Shown here: piece after piece, positions 26,426-36,094 of the stretch
Layout: the number at the start of each line of letters is the position of its first letter
Position numbering within the stretch: position 1 is the first letter of the stretch
Source of the DNA: Candidatus Thorarchaeota archaeon
Lineage (GTDB): Archaea > Asgardarchaeota > Thorarchaeia > Thorarchaeales > Thorarchaeaceae
Assembly: GCA_048882485.1 (NCBI GenBank)
Contig: JBHLRP010000004.1
Coordinates: 1,657-65,656 of the forward strand
Length of the DNA stretch: 64,000 nt
Direction: 5' to 3'
Made by a program: the position numbers and the translations under genes
The notes under the pieces: generated by a model
What the model was told of the DNA's origin: nothing
Databases searched by the model: none
Seen by the model: the letters and a program-made list of their open reading frames with translations, nothing else

Positions 26426-27007
26426 CTAGAGTCTCTTGATGAAATAGTCTGCGACGGTTGGCTCAAATCCCACCTCGAAGACGAGCCGATTACGTATTTG
26501 CTTGAGGTCCATTGAAGGATCTTCCTTCCTAAACACTTTCACCAATGCGATGATTGATTCCCGCAATTCCCAGGGATATACTGTCCACCTCTCGGTCTGC
26601 ACCATATAGAAATCTGGTTTGACTCGCGACCAAGGCTTCCAGTGCAGCACTGCTGTCTTTACTTCGCTTGCTCCCAAGCCCTGAACATGTTCGATTGCAT
26701 GAAAGAGACTATCCCCTGTGTCAGCGACCTCATCCACCAGCAATATGCTCTTGCCCTCCATTGATCCCGTAATTGGTTGGGTAATTTTGGGCTCGCGTCC
26801 TTTCTGACCTACATCACTGTAGTATTCTATGCGGATATTCTGAAGACTATCTGCATAGAGCACATCGGAAAGCACTCTGGCTGGTATCCAACCACCTCTT
26901 GCTATTCCTACAACTACGTCAGGCTTGAAACCGCTCTCAACAACACGCTCTGAAAGCCGAAGTGTAAGATTATACACGTCTTCCCAAGTTAGAATTAGAT
27001 ACTCCAT
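26426..27007 (-). CDS. Purine phosphoribosyltransferase (type I PRTase)
   Basis: PRPP loop 'ILLVDEVADTGDSL'. ATG at 27007 has a GGAG 5 nt upstream. Confidence 0.85.
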   Translation of the reverse strand: MEYLILTWEDVYNLTLRLSERVVESGFKPDVVVGIARGGWIPARVLSDVLYADSLQNIRIEYYSDVGQKGREPKITQPITGSMEGKSILLVDEVADTGDSLFHAIEHVQGLGASEVKTAVLHWKPWSRVKPDFYMVQTERWTVYPWELRESIIALVKVFRKEDPSMDLKQIRNRLVFEVGFEPTVADYFIKRL

Positions 27008-27134
27008 TCTACTCCATGACCCCACATGGGCTTTGCAGCTCAGTGTACTTCCTCCATAATAACAGTACTGCTGAGAGACCCTTCAGCACAATGTAGATTT
27101 AGGACGGGTTGTTTTCCACTCAATGTGAATAGAA

Positions 27135-28400
27135 ATGAAACCAGACTTTGTCCTCTCCCATATCGCTCAACTTGCTACACTCAAAGGACATAGCAGCACG
27201 CCAAAGACAGGAGAGAGCTTGAAGGATTTGTCTATAATTAAGGATGGAGCTATTGCCATTCAAGATGGGAAGATCATAGCAGTTGGAACGACTAAAGAAG
27301 TCATGTCAAGCCTCAGCGGTGAGCCAAAACTTCCGCCAATCGAGTTTCCCAATATGCTGGCAATTCCGGGTTTCGTAGACAGTCACACGCATCTAGCATT
27401 TGGAGGTTCAAGAGAGAATGACTTTGCCATGAAGCTTGCAGGCAAGACCTACTTGGAGATATTGGAGGAGGGAGGAGGCATACTCAACACCCTGAAAGCG
27501 ACACGCGCAGCGACTCAAGATGAACTAATCTCCAATGCGTTCTCATATGCTGAGAGCATGCTTGCATCCGGGACTACAGCAATCGAGGCCAAGAGCGGTT
27601 ATGGCCTTGATGTAGAGAATGAATTGAAGATCCTCCGTGTTCCAGAAGCATTAAGGAACAAGTTACCTTCAGAGTTTGTATCAACATTCATGGGAGCGCA
27701 CGCGATTCCTCCTGAGTATAAGGACAGGATAGACGATTATGTCAGTCTAGTAATCAATGAAATGATTCCATCTGTTTCGGAGCAGAATCTGGCAGAGTTC
27801 TGTGATGTCTTCTGCGAAGAAGGCGTATTCAGTATTGAGCAGTCGAAGGAGATTCTTGAAGCAGCAAAAGGCAAGGGCATGAAACTGAAGGTTCATGCGG
27901 ACGAAATTGTTCAACTTGGAGGGGCGGGTCTTGCAGCAGAAGTGGGGGCAGTCTCTGCGGACCATCTTTTGATGTCATCCAATGATGATTTGGAATCCAT
28001 GCGAAAAGCTGGAACCATTGCAACTTTGCTACCCGGAACTGCATTCAGTCTTGACACTGAATATGCTGATGCTCGCAAGATGATAGAAATGGGACTTCCT
28101 GTGGCACTTGCCACTGACTTCAATCCAAATTGCGCAAACGAGTCCATGTTCTTCACGATATCTTTGGCTTGTTACAAGATGAAGATGCATCCCCGAGAAG
28201 CGATCTCAGCGGCGACGATAAATGGAGCTCATGCTCTTGGAAAAAGTGAAACATTGGGAAGTATAGAACAAGGTAAGCGGGCAGACATCCTAATCTTGGA
28301 CTGCCCAAATCCAGAGTATCTATCATGGAGGTTCGGAGTCAATCTGGTACATACGGTCGTTGCCAATGGCCAAGTTGTACATACTAAGCTTGGGCCTTAG
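27135..28400 (+). CDS. hutI: Imidazolonepropionase
   Basis: Amidohydrolase motifs 'GFVDSHTHLAFGGSR', 'KVHADE', 'ALATDFNP'. Length 421 aa. Neighbours are hutH and hutU. Confidence 0.85.
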   Translation: MKPDFVLSHIAQLATLKGHSSTPKTGESLKDLSIIKDGAIAIQDGKIIAVGTTKEVMSSLSGEPKLPPIEFPNMLAIPGFVDSHTHLAFGGSRENDFAMKLAGKTYLEILEEGGGILNTLKATRAATQDELISNAFSYAESMLASGTTAIEAKSGYGLDVENELKILRVPEALRNKLPSEFVSTFMGAHAIPPEYKDRIDDYVSLVINEMIPSVSEQNLAEFCDVFCEEGVFSIEQSKEILEAAKGKGMKLKVHADEIVQLGGAGLAAEVGAVSADHLLMSSNDDLESMRKAGTIATLLPGTAFSLDTEYADARKMIEMGLPVALATDFNPNCANESMFFTISLACYKMKMHPREAISAATINGAHALGKSETLGSIEQGKRADILILDCPNPEYLSWRFGVNLVHTVVANGQVVHTKLGP

Positions 28401-28840
28401 GACAGGCATTCTTCAGGACGAGTTCCTAATTCCTGAAACTCTTTGAAGTGCTCAAGCCACCTTGGACTCTTTGGGGCACCCTTCACCCACTCTACGAATT
28501 GCGTGAGTTTCTCTACTGTTTCAGGATTTGCGATGTGCTCAAATTCACAAGCATCATCATCCGCAATCTCTTCATCTATACCAATCATGCAGAAGAACCA
28601 CTTGATGGTCTTGTGAGCACGATCGAGATGCTCTGCAATCTCCTTCCCCTTGGTTGTCAGACTGACGCTACGATAACGCTCATAATTTACGAGCCCAATC
28701 TTCTTGAGCTTCTGAAGAACATATGTCACGCTGGGTGCCTTCACACCTCTCATCTCGGCTATATCAGTGACACTTGCAGAACCATGTTTTTGCTGTAACT
28801 CGTATATTGACTCAAGGTACTGCTCCATGGCTTTTGTCAT
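28397..28840 (-). CDS. DtxR/MntR-family metal-dependent transcriptional repressor
   Basis: 'MEQYLESIYELQQKHGSASVTDIAEMRGVKAPSVTYVLQKLKKIGLVNYERYRSVSLTTKGKEIA'. Start set at the internal ATG (M12). Confidence 0.8.
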   Translation of the reverse strand: MTKAMEQYLESIYELQQKHGSASVTDIAEMRGVKAPSVTYVLQKLKKIGLVNYERYRSVSLTTKGKEIAEHLDRAHKTIKWFFCMIGIDEEIADDDACEFEHIANPETVEKLTQFVEWVKGAPKSPRWLEHFKEFQELGTRPEECLS

Positions 28841-28923
28841 ACCTTTCAAGACCCGTTCACTCACCCTAGACACAAAACAAGATACTATTTGGAAGACAGA
28901 TAAAGCTTGACGAATGCCCGGCT

Positions 28924-30456
28924 TTAACCCTCCAATAGAGTTCCTGTAATCTCCTCAACACTCGCCACAATGCTTTCCGAGTCTATCTTCTCTCGAATCT
29001 TTTCAATATCAGGATGCAGTGGCCGGTCGTCATCTAGTTGTGGAACGGTTTCTCTGATTGCTCCAAACGCCAGTTTGAGAGGCTCAGAAGGTTGCAGGGG
29101 CAATAGCAAACTGAGACCCTGTGCCGCACACATGTATTCTATAGCAATGACGTTCTTCACATTATCAAGTATTTTCGCGGCCTTCCGAGCTGAGATGGTT
29201 CCCATGCTCACATGATCCTCTTGGTCAGCGCTGGTTGGAATGGAATCTATGCTTGCTGGATGGGCTAGAACCTTGTTTTCTGATACAAGAGCGGCAGCTG
29301 TATATTGAGCAATCATCAAGCCAGTTTCAAGCCCGCCTTCAGTTGTCAAGAATGGAGGTAAACCACTCAGATTGGGATTGACAAGTCGATTTACTCTTCG
29401 TTCTGATATATTAGCAATCTCTGATAGTGCAATACCCACGAAATCCATAGCTAGAGCAATGGGCTGACCGTGGAAGTTCCCCCCAGAAATTACCTCATCA
29501 TCATCAGGAAACACTAGAGGGTTATCACTTGCTGAATTGATCTCGATTTCGAGTGTGGTCTGTGCATACCTAAGAGCATCAAGTGAAGCACCAAGTACTT
29601 GGGGAATGCAACGCAACGAATAGGCATCATGCACGATACCACAATCTGCATGAGATTGATTTAGCTCGCTATCTCTGAGTATCTCAAGCATTGCACGAGC
29701 AACATCAGTCTGACCCTCGTGGCGTCTTACATTATGAATGCGTTCATCAAACGCAGTACGTGTTCCTTTTAGTGCTTCAAGACTCATTGACGCGGCGATA
29801 CATGCATCCTTGAGGAGAGTCAAAGCGTCATAGACAACTATTGAGCCAACTGCACACATCGGTTGAGTCCCATTAATCAGAGCTACCCCTTCCTTTGCCT
29901 GTAACACTAGAGGCTTGATTCCTGCTCGATTAAGACCCTCTGCTCCATCAATTTGCTCACCCTTGTAGTATGCTTCACCCTCACCAATCATGACTAAAGC
30001 CATGTGCGCAAGCGGAGCAAGGTCTCCGCTAGAGCCGACTGAACCTTGCTGCGGAACTACAGGAGTCACTCCAGTATTAAGCATGTCAATGAGCATCTCA
30101 ATGACATCCAATCGCACTCCCGAGTATCCCTTTGCAAGAGCATTAGCTCGCAAGAGCATCATTCCTCTCACCACTTCAATGGAGAAGGGAGGACCAACTC
30201 CAGCGCAGTGACTCCGAATAAGGTTGACTTGCAGCTTCGCCAGATCCTTGGAGTCTATGCAGACGTCTGACAGGTCTCCAAAGCCTGTGTTCACACCATA
30301 TACAATCCGACCTTCCTTCACAGCCTTCTCGATAACATCTCTGCTACTCAGAATACCGTCAAGGGCAGCTTCGGCTAGCTCCACAGGCTCATCATGGCGA
30401 GCCACCTTCACAACATCCTCGATGGTTAGACTAATGCCATCAATGACCACAGTCAT
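28924..30456 (-). CDS. hutH: Histidine ammonia-lyase
   Basis: 'GVNTGFG' and the MIO region 'GSVGSSGDLAPLAH' (the canonical triad is ASG; here it is SSG at residues 142-144). 510 aa. GAGGTG upstream. Confidence 0.9.
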   Translation of the reverse strand: MTVVIDGISLTIEDVVKVARHDEPVELAEAALDGILSSRDVIEKAVKEGRIVYGVNTGFGDLSDVCIDSKDLAKLQVNLIRSHCAGVGPPFSIEVVRGMMLLRANALAKGYSGVRLDVIEMLIDMLNTGVTPVVPQQGSVGSSGDLAPLAHMALVMIGEGEAYYKGEQIDGAEGLNRAGIKPLVLQAKEGVALINGTQPMCAVGSIVVYDALTLLKDACIAASMSLEALKGTRTAFDERIHNVRRHEGQTDVARAMLEILRDSELNQSHADCGIVHDAYSLRCIPQVLGASLDALRYAQTTLEIEINSASDNPLVFPDDDEVISGGNFHGQPIALAMDFVGIALSEIANISERRVNRLVNPNLSGLPPFLTTEGGLETGLMIAQYTAAALVSENKVLAHPASIDSIPTSADQEDHVSMGTISARKAAKILDNVKNVIAIEYMCAAQGLSLLLPLQPSEPLKLAFGAIRETVPQLDDDRPLHPDIEKIREKIDSESIVASVEEITGTLLEG

Positions 30457-30607
30457 GGATTCACCTCGTGACTCCGTGCCTTTTCCTAAGGCATGTTGGT
30501 CCTGCTTTAGTAATTACCGGAGAATGCTTCAAAGCGGCAATGTTTAGAGCTGATGCAACACATTAACGAATCTGGCCCGATTTTGATTCACTGGCACAGA
30601 CCAGGAT

Positions 30608-31291
30608 TCACTGACTGTACTCGCGGGTTCGCCAGGAGGGGAAAGACCGTTCATAGTCTGACCTATATGAGGCATTCTTCATTAACCTCTTACTTGTGAG
30701 TCGAGTTGCAGAGGTCAGATAGCCCTTGGCACCAGAATCATGCACATTCGACTCAAATATCACATCTCGAATGTAGTTAAGATGGAATCTGTCTTGGAAA
30801 GACTCGGTGATTTCCTCCACACTCATCCTTCTTGGTCCGGTCATTCCAGGTTGCTTGACAGAGAAGGCCAACATGAAATATGACCCTCCAGGCCTCAGAA
30901 CTCTAGCAACCTGTTCGACGTATAGCGGTCGTTCCTCATCAGTCAGAGCATGAAAAAGTCCCGAATCAAGCACTGCATCAAACTCAGCTTCGCAGAAGTA
31001 ATAGTCCAGTTCTAACACGTCACCCACTAGGAATTCTACGTCCACTTGCCTCTCAAAGGCTTTCACCTGTGCTATCTCGATTGCTCTAGGGGTGAAATCT
31101 ATGCCCACAACATCAGAGCCATTGGCAGCTAGAAAAATCGCATTCTCGCCAGTCCCGCAACCTACATCCAAGATTCTTCCTGATAGATCGCGGCTATCAT
31201 TAAGAGTAACAACAGCCTGTTGTGGGCGGCCAATGTCCCAAGGGGGTGTGGTTTCGTAGGAGCCTGTCCATCCGCTCAATTTCAACAACAA
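30608..31291 (-). CDS. Class I SAM-dependent methyltransferase
   Basis: 'ILDVGCGTGENAIFLAANG', 'LRPGGSYFMLAF'. TTG start. Confidence 0.8.
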   Translation of the reverse strand: MLLKLSGWTGSYETTPPWDIGRPQQAVVTLNDSRDLSGRILDVGCGTGENAIFLAANGSDVVGIDFTPRAIEIAQVKAFERQVDVEFLVGDVLELDYYFCEAEFDAVLDSGLFHALTDEERPLYVEQVARVLRPGGSYFMLAFSVKQPGMTGPRRMSVEEITESFQDRFHLNYIRDVIFESNVHDSGAKGYLTSATRLTSKRLMKNASYRSDYERSFPSWRTREYSQ

Positions 31292-31344
31292 GCTTTGGGA
31301 AGGGAAACAATAGTTAATATTCTTTGGTTATGGCACAACAGCAT

Positions 31345-33396
31345 TTATTGTAGCTTCTCCTTCACAATGCTCTCAATAAGTCCTTCTTCTGGCACATAAG
31401 GCAGAGTGATCTGACCTCTGTTAATCATCAACTTGTTCCATTCAATCGCAGTTTCAATCGAATGGTCATTTCTAGCCCATGCCCGTCGAGCAACTCCACC
31501 CATCACATCCCAATCAAGGCCAAGGCGTATAATCTTGTCCACCCTCTCACTTCCATCAAGCACAAGGCCGAAGCCGCCATTGATGGCCTTCCCGGTGCCC
31601 ACGCCACCCCCATTTGAGAGGACACAGAGGGTCATCCCCCTGGCTGCGTTCCCAGCCCAGACTTGATGAGCCATGTCACTTGTCACATTACTGCCATCGC
31701 GAATGTTTGCGGTTTCTCTGAAAGGAGAGTCTGTGCCACCTGTGTCATGATGGTCCCTCCCCATCATAATAGGACCAATCTCACCCTCGCGGACCTTCTT
31801 ATTGAACTCCAACGCAATTTTGACTCGTCCAGCCGCATCAGTATAGAGAATTCTTGCTTGAGAGCCAACTACCAAAGCGTTCTTCTCAGCATCTCGAATC
31901 CAGACGAAATTATCCCGATCCTGACCTCTTCTTGCTGGGTCTATACAGGACATAGCAGCCTGGTCGGTCTTGATCAAGTCTTCATGTTTGCCGCTCAGAC
32001 ACACCCAGCGAAATGGGCCATAACCATAGTCGAAACATATTGGTCCCATGATGTCCTCCACATAAGAGGGGAATATGAAACCATCATCGGGATTCTTGCC
32101 GTTCTTTGCGATGGCTGTCACCCCGGCGTCGAACACTGCTTTCATGAAACTGTTGCCATAGTCCCAGAAGTATGAGCCTTGTCTGGTCATCTTCTGGATG
32201 AGTTCAAACTGCAGCCTCAGTGATTTGTTAACGAGAACCTTGAATTCTTCTCGATCTGTTCTCAGGAGTTCTCGACCCTGTTCAAAGGTCAGTCCCTGGG
32301 GAGTGTATCCACCATTATAGACATCATGACAGGAGGTTTGGTCCGAAGAGAGATCTATTGGTATCCCATTATCTGCAACATACTTCCATAGATCGACAAC
32401 ATTTCCATAGTAGCCAATCGAAATAGGCTCATTCTTTTCCTTGTAATCTTCAACCCACTCGAAGATCTCCGCCAAATCAGCAGAGTACTTGCTCAGCCAA
32501 CCTTGCTCGTGGCGGGTTTCTATGCGACTCTTGTCCACTTCTGCAATAAGACCTATGCCACCTGCAATCTCGATTGCTTTCGCCTGGGCACCGCTCATCC
32601 CGCCAAGCCCCGAGGTCAAAAACGTCCGACCTCGAAGGTCTCTGTCTTCAGGCAGTCCCAAATACATCCTTCCGGCATTGAGCAATGTAATGTAAGTCCC
32701 ATGGACTATACCTTGGGGACCGATATACATCCAGCCTCCAGCTGTCATCTGCCCGTAGTTCGTGACCCCCATCGCTGCAGCTCTGTGGAACCCATCAAGG
32801 GTGTCATACATGCCAACCATAAGCCCGTTTGTCGTGATTGCACGTGGAGCAAGCTTGTGAGAAGGGAACAGACCCATCGGATGACCGGAACTGACAACAA
32901 GAGTCTGTTCATATGTCATTGTTTCTAGATACTGCTTGATGAGTCTGTACTGCATCCAGTTCTGGCAGACCTGTCCGCTCTCTCCATATGTCACGAGTTC
33001 GTAAGGATATAGCGCTATATCGAAGTCCAAGTTATTGTCAATCATGACTTGAAGTGCTCTGGCTTCCAGGATTCCCTTGTACTCTTCTACAGGCAATGCT
33101 TTGATGGGCCCTGGAGGACGATAACGGTACCCATAGATCCGCCCTCTGGTCATCAACTCATCCAAAAACTCTGGAGCGAGTGTTTCGTGAAGATTTACTG
33201 GAATATATCTAAGAGCGTTCTTCAGCGCGATCACAGTATCAGATTCGGATAGAGTGTATCCTCTATTCGGGGCTCTCCTGTACCGTACGTCAAACTCTGG
33301 ATATGGGGGTATCTCTTGGGGGAGCTTAATGGTCATCGCTTTGGACACTTCAAACGTCACAATATCACATCCCGCGGTGAGGCTCTCAATATGCAC
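31345..33396 (-). CDS. hutU: Urocanate hydratase, long (eukaryote/UROC1-like) form
   Basis: 'ALKNALRYIPVNLHETLAPEF', 'LVTYGESGQVCQNW', 'GQMTAGGWMYIGPQGIVHGT', 'SGLGGMSGAQAKA', 'RDHHDTGGTDSPFRET'. GTG start at 33396; the alternative ATG at 33336 gives 663 aa. Confidence 0.9.
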   Translation of the reverse strand: MHIESLTAGCDIVTFEVSKAMTIKLPQEIPPYPEFDVRYRRAPNRGYTLSESDTVIALKNALRYIPVNLHETLAPEFLDELMTRGRIYGYRYRPPGPIKALPVEEYKGILEARALQVMIDNNLDFDIALYPYELVTYGESGQVCQNWMQYRLIKQYLETMTYEQTLVVSSGHPMGLFPSHKLAPRAITTNGLMVGMYDTLDGFHRAAAMGVTNYGQMTAGGWMYIGPQGIVHGTYITLLNAGRMYLGLPEDRDLRGRTFLTSGLGGMSGAQAKAIEIAGGIGLIAEVDKSRIETRHEQGWLSKYSADLAEIFEWVEDYKEKNEPISIGYYGNVVDLWKYVADNGIPIDLSSDQTSCHDVYNGGYTPQGLTFEQGRELLRTDREEFKVLVNKSLRLQFELIQKMTRQGSYFWDYGNSFMKAVFDAGVTAIAKNGKNPDDGFIFPSYVEDIMGPICFDYGYGPFRWVCLSGKHEDLIKTDQAAMSCIDPARRGQDRDNFVWIRDAEKNALVVGSQARILYTDAAGRVKIALEFNKKVREGEIGPIMMGRDHHDTGGTDSPFRETANIRDGSNVTSDMAHQVWAGNAARGMTLCVLSNGGGVGTGKAINGGFGLVLDGSERVDKIIRLGLDWDVMGGVARRAWARNDHSIETAIEWNKLMINRGQITLPYVPEEGLIESIVKEKLQ

Positions 33397-33506
33397 TTCC
33401 TCATAAACAAGTCGTCTCTTGGTATATTAGTTAAATGTTCCAGAGAAAGAGAGAATGACCCCACATGAAGCCATTTGCCTGCATGCACAGGCGTATCCTG
33501 TGGGGC

Positions 33507-33761
33507 TTATACCGGGACTCTGCCGTACCTAAGAAAGACCGCTCTGGCCCGCTCATTGTCAGCAATATATAGGGGCTGGCGCATGTCACTGAGATTGGGA
33601 ATTCTGCGACATAGCTGTCCCTTTCGCAAGTGGCGTAGGGCAAAGGAAACCGTCCTAAGTGGAAGGTTGGCCTTCTTGCTTATCACTTTGGGCGAGTGGG
33701 GGCCTCTCTTTGTAAGAAAATCGAGTACTATCAGCGCGCTCATAGGCAACTCCATAGTCAT
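33507..33761 (-). CDS. Small winged-helix transcription regulator (84 aa)
   Basis: 'ALIVLDFLTKRGPHSPKVISKKANLPLRTVSFALRHLRKGQL'. GGTGG upstream of the ATG. Confidence 0.6.
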   Translation of the reverse strand: MTMELPMSALIVLDFLTKRGPHSPKVISKKANLPLRTVSFALRHLRKGQLCRRIPNLSDMRQPLYIADNERARAVFLRYGRVPV

Positions 33762-33780
33762 TTTTTAACCACCTTTCACT

Positions 33781-34284
33781 TTATGATGTATACTTGAATG
33801 GGGAGATGACAGAACTCTCAGCACTCCATGGAACACAGTCGGAAGGAGGAGAAAGTAATTCGAAGAATTCCTGACGGGGGGATTCCTGAAGGTCTCTAGA
33901 CGCAGTCCAGAGACATTCTTGTCCGATTAACTCAAGAGTGAATCCTTCATCCTGGAGAAGTATCATATAACGAAGATGCTCAATAACTTGATCTGCAAGC
34001 ACCTTTGTGTCTGCTTCTTTCAAATCATCCTTTTCGCGAATACCTGATGACACCTTTGTGCTTCGCGCAGGAAGTGACAGTTCAACCTCGATTGAAACCA
34101 GATTAGCAGGATCTTGACGCTGAATCACGAGGATACGAACCCATTCAGACTGGCAGAGTATTACTACTGATTCACCATGCTCGTTGAATCTCAGCTCCTT
34201 TATGGGAGTCGCAAGGATTTGTTCGTATCTCTTGTTCAATTCTGAGGGGTCTGTCATCTCTTTTCCCGTTACAAGATAACTCAT
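33781..34284 (-). CDS. Hypothetical protein (167 aa)
   Basis: ORF immediately upstream of and co-directional with the wHTH gene. No motif recognised. Confidence 0.5.
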   Translation of the reverse strand: MSYLVTGKEMTDPSELNKRYEQILATPIKELRFNEHGESVVILCQSEWVRILVIQRQDPANLVSIEVELSLPARSTKVSSGIREKDDLKEADTKVLADQVIEHLRYMILLQDEGFTLELIGQECLWTASRDLQESPRQEFFELLSPPSDCVPWSAESSVISPFKYTS

Positions 34285-34384
34285 GGAAAGAATATCTATG
34301 CTCGGGAGATGTGGGATTCCTGTTTGTGCGTGCCAGCCTATGAAAAAAGCAAGAATCCGAATTCGCTGGTTCGGAAATAGGCGA

Positions 34385-34948
34385 TTAGACTATATCCTTG
34401 ATGATGTTATTGTCTTGAATTGTCCCCCAAGCACAGAAGCTCAGTCTTTGCCATCTGGAGAACACATCATCGGCTCCTAGGAGATCTGCAAAATGCATTG
34501 AAAGAACTAGTCCATGAGAGATGAGGAGCCCCTCTCTGAAACCGCCCTTGTTCGTTATTCGCCCTAGTCCTGATTGAAAGCGGTTCAAAGCCTGCTCTCT
34601 CGACTCCCAGCCAGGTACTTTAATCAATCCTTTCAGAGTCCGCTCCACGGAGTGCAGGTATTCCGTGTTGGAGAGAAGTTCCTTTCCTCTGTCGAGGTCC
34701 CTAAGCTCGGAATATTCCAGAATCTCAATTCCGAGTCTATCAGCGAAAGGGCGTGCTGTCTGTAATGCTTTGCCTTCAGTAGACGAAAAGATGCAATCGA
34801 CAGAATCAAAGAGGCCCGCTGAGGCAAGCGACTCAGCCTGGCGAAGGCCATCCTTGGTGAGCAGCCAGTCAGAAGCTTGAACTTTATGGTCAATCGCTGT
34901 TTCAGCATGTCTCATTAGATGTAGGATTTGAGTCATGATAGGTGTCAT
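34385..34948 (-). CDS. Histidine phosphatase (phosphoglycerate-mutase-like) family protein
   Basis: 'LHLMRHAET' (RH[GA] catalytic motif) and 'LLISHGLVL'. Confidence 0.75.
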   Translation of the reverse strand: MTPIMTQILHLMRHAETAIDHKVQASDWLLTKDGLRQAESLASAGLFDSVDCIFSSTEGKALQTARPFADRLGIEILEYSELRDLDRGKELLSNTEYLHSVERTLKGLIKVPGWESREQALNRFQSGLGRITNKGGFREGLLISHGLVLSMHFADLLGADDVFSRWQRLSFCAWGTIQDNNIIKDIV

Positions 34949-35048
34949 CAAGGTATCGACAAAGCCGCCAAATGATTGTATCGTTCACCTTTGGATTTAT
35001 CATTTGGATTGATTGAAGAAAGGTTTTGAGTGATACGGAGGCGATAGG

Positions 35049-35420
35049 ATGGCAGGAATCATATTCTTTCGAACCAAAGATCTTGATACAATAATTCAGT
35101 TTTATACAGAAAAACTGGGGATGATTGTCTAGCTTGAGCAGAAAGGGTGCACGATTCTGAATCATGGCAATCTTCTGCTTGGATTCTGCCAAAAGGAAGT
35201 GTGTGAATCTGAAGGTGTGATCACTTTCTTTGTAGAAGATAAAGAAGAGGTAGACACAATATACAATGGTCTTCAAGACATTGCTACAACATTACCAGCG
35301 GAGAATCATACGTATAAGATATACCAGTTCTATGCGGTGGATCCAGAGGGTAGGACCTTAGAGTTTCAATCGTTCCCGCATGAGCGAGAACCGATTAGTG
35401 TTGAGCAATTCCTGCATTAA
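35049..35420 (+). pseudogene. Glyoxalase/VOC-family gene interrupted by a single in-frame TAG (codon 28, 35130-35132)
   Basis: ATG at 35049 with GGAGG 7 nt upstream. 'MAGIIFFRTKDLDTIIQFYTEKLGMIV*LEQKGCTILNHGNLLLGFCQKEVCESEGVITFFVEDKEEV...AVDPEGRTLEFQSF' is one continuous VOC-like fold in one frame. Confidence 0.65.
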
Positions 35421-35434
35421 TTATCGGACAATGT

Positions 35435-36028
35435 CTAAAGAGCAACAAAGGCACTTGTGGCACTATCCCAGCCAAGCTTCTTTGCCTTCTTGAAGGCCTC
35501 ACTAGATTCCTTATGCTTCCCAAGAAGCCAAAGAACAAGCCGCAGTTTATTCCAAAGGTCAGGATTATCTGGGTCTTCCTTGATTTCTTTTCTCACACCT
35601 TTCTCAATTTGCTTGTAGGTCTTGATCTCCATCTTGCGCTCGTTCTTAGCAGATTCGAGAACTCCATGGATATGTTCCGGCGAACGCACAAATTGGTAGG
35701 ATAGAAACTCCGCAGGAGCCCCCTTTATTGCGCTATTGAGTGCAGACTGGGGAGTGTCAGCAGCTCGCCATAGTTCACCATCAACCAATTGCTTCTCACA
35801 GCCCCCTTGCATGAACTCAAGAAGTGACTCCAAATGCGTGGTGACTGGATGGTCCTCTCCCAACAAGTGTTGAGCTTGAGACCACTCAAAATAGACTACT
35901 TCGCGACCGATATTGTCAAGAACTCTAGGAGAGCACCCTATCTTCTTCAAATCAGCAACTAGATTCTTGACTGTATACTTCTTCCTCTTCGTGAGTTTGG
36001 GGGACTTTTTCTTGGACAAGCTCCTCAC
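35435..36028 (-). CDS. Hypothetical protein with a C-terminal TPR-like motif
   Basis: ORF with a GTG start. 'DPDNPDLWNKLRLVLWLLGKHKESSEAFKKAKKLG' is TPR-like. Confidence 0.5.
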   Translation of the reverse strand: MRSLSKKKSPKLTKRKKYTVKNLVADLKKIGCSPRVLDNIGREVVYFEWSQAQHLLGEDHPVTTHLESLLEFMQGGCEKQLVDGELWRAADTPQSALNSAIKGAPAEFLSYQFVRSPEHIHGVLESAKNERKMEIKTYKQIEKGVRKEIKEDPDNPDLWNKLRLVLWLLGKHKESSEAFKKAKKLGWDSATSAFVAL

Positions 36029-36094
36029 CTACTGAAGCACTCTAACCATTACTTCCGGGATTAGATAAATGAAATCCATATGGACTATAAAGCA

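Noticed and set aside
35130-35132. Genome-wide reassignment of TAG (pyrrolysine code) as the explanation for the in-frame TAG
   Set aside because: TAG terminates many well-supported genes here (for example the ORFs ending at 2043, 3415, 42500, 48366, 49316 and 51100). Only site-specific read-through, an error or a pseudogene remain plausible.
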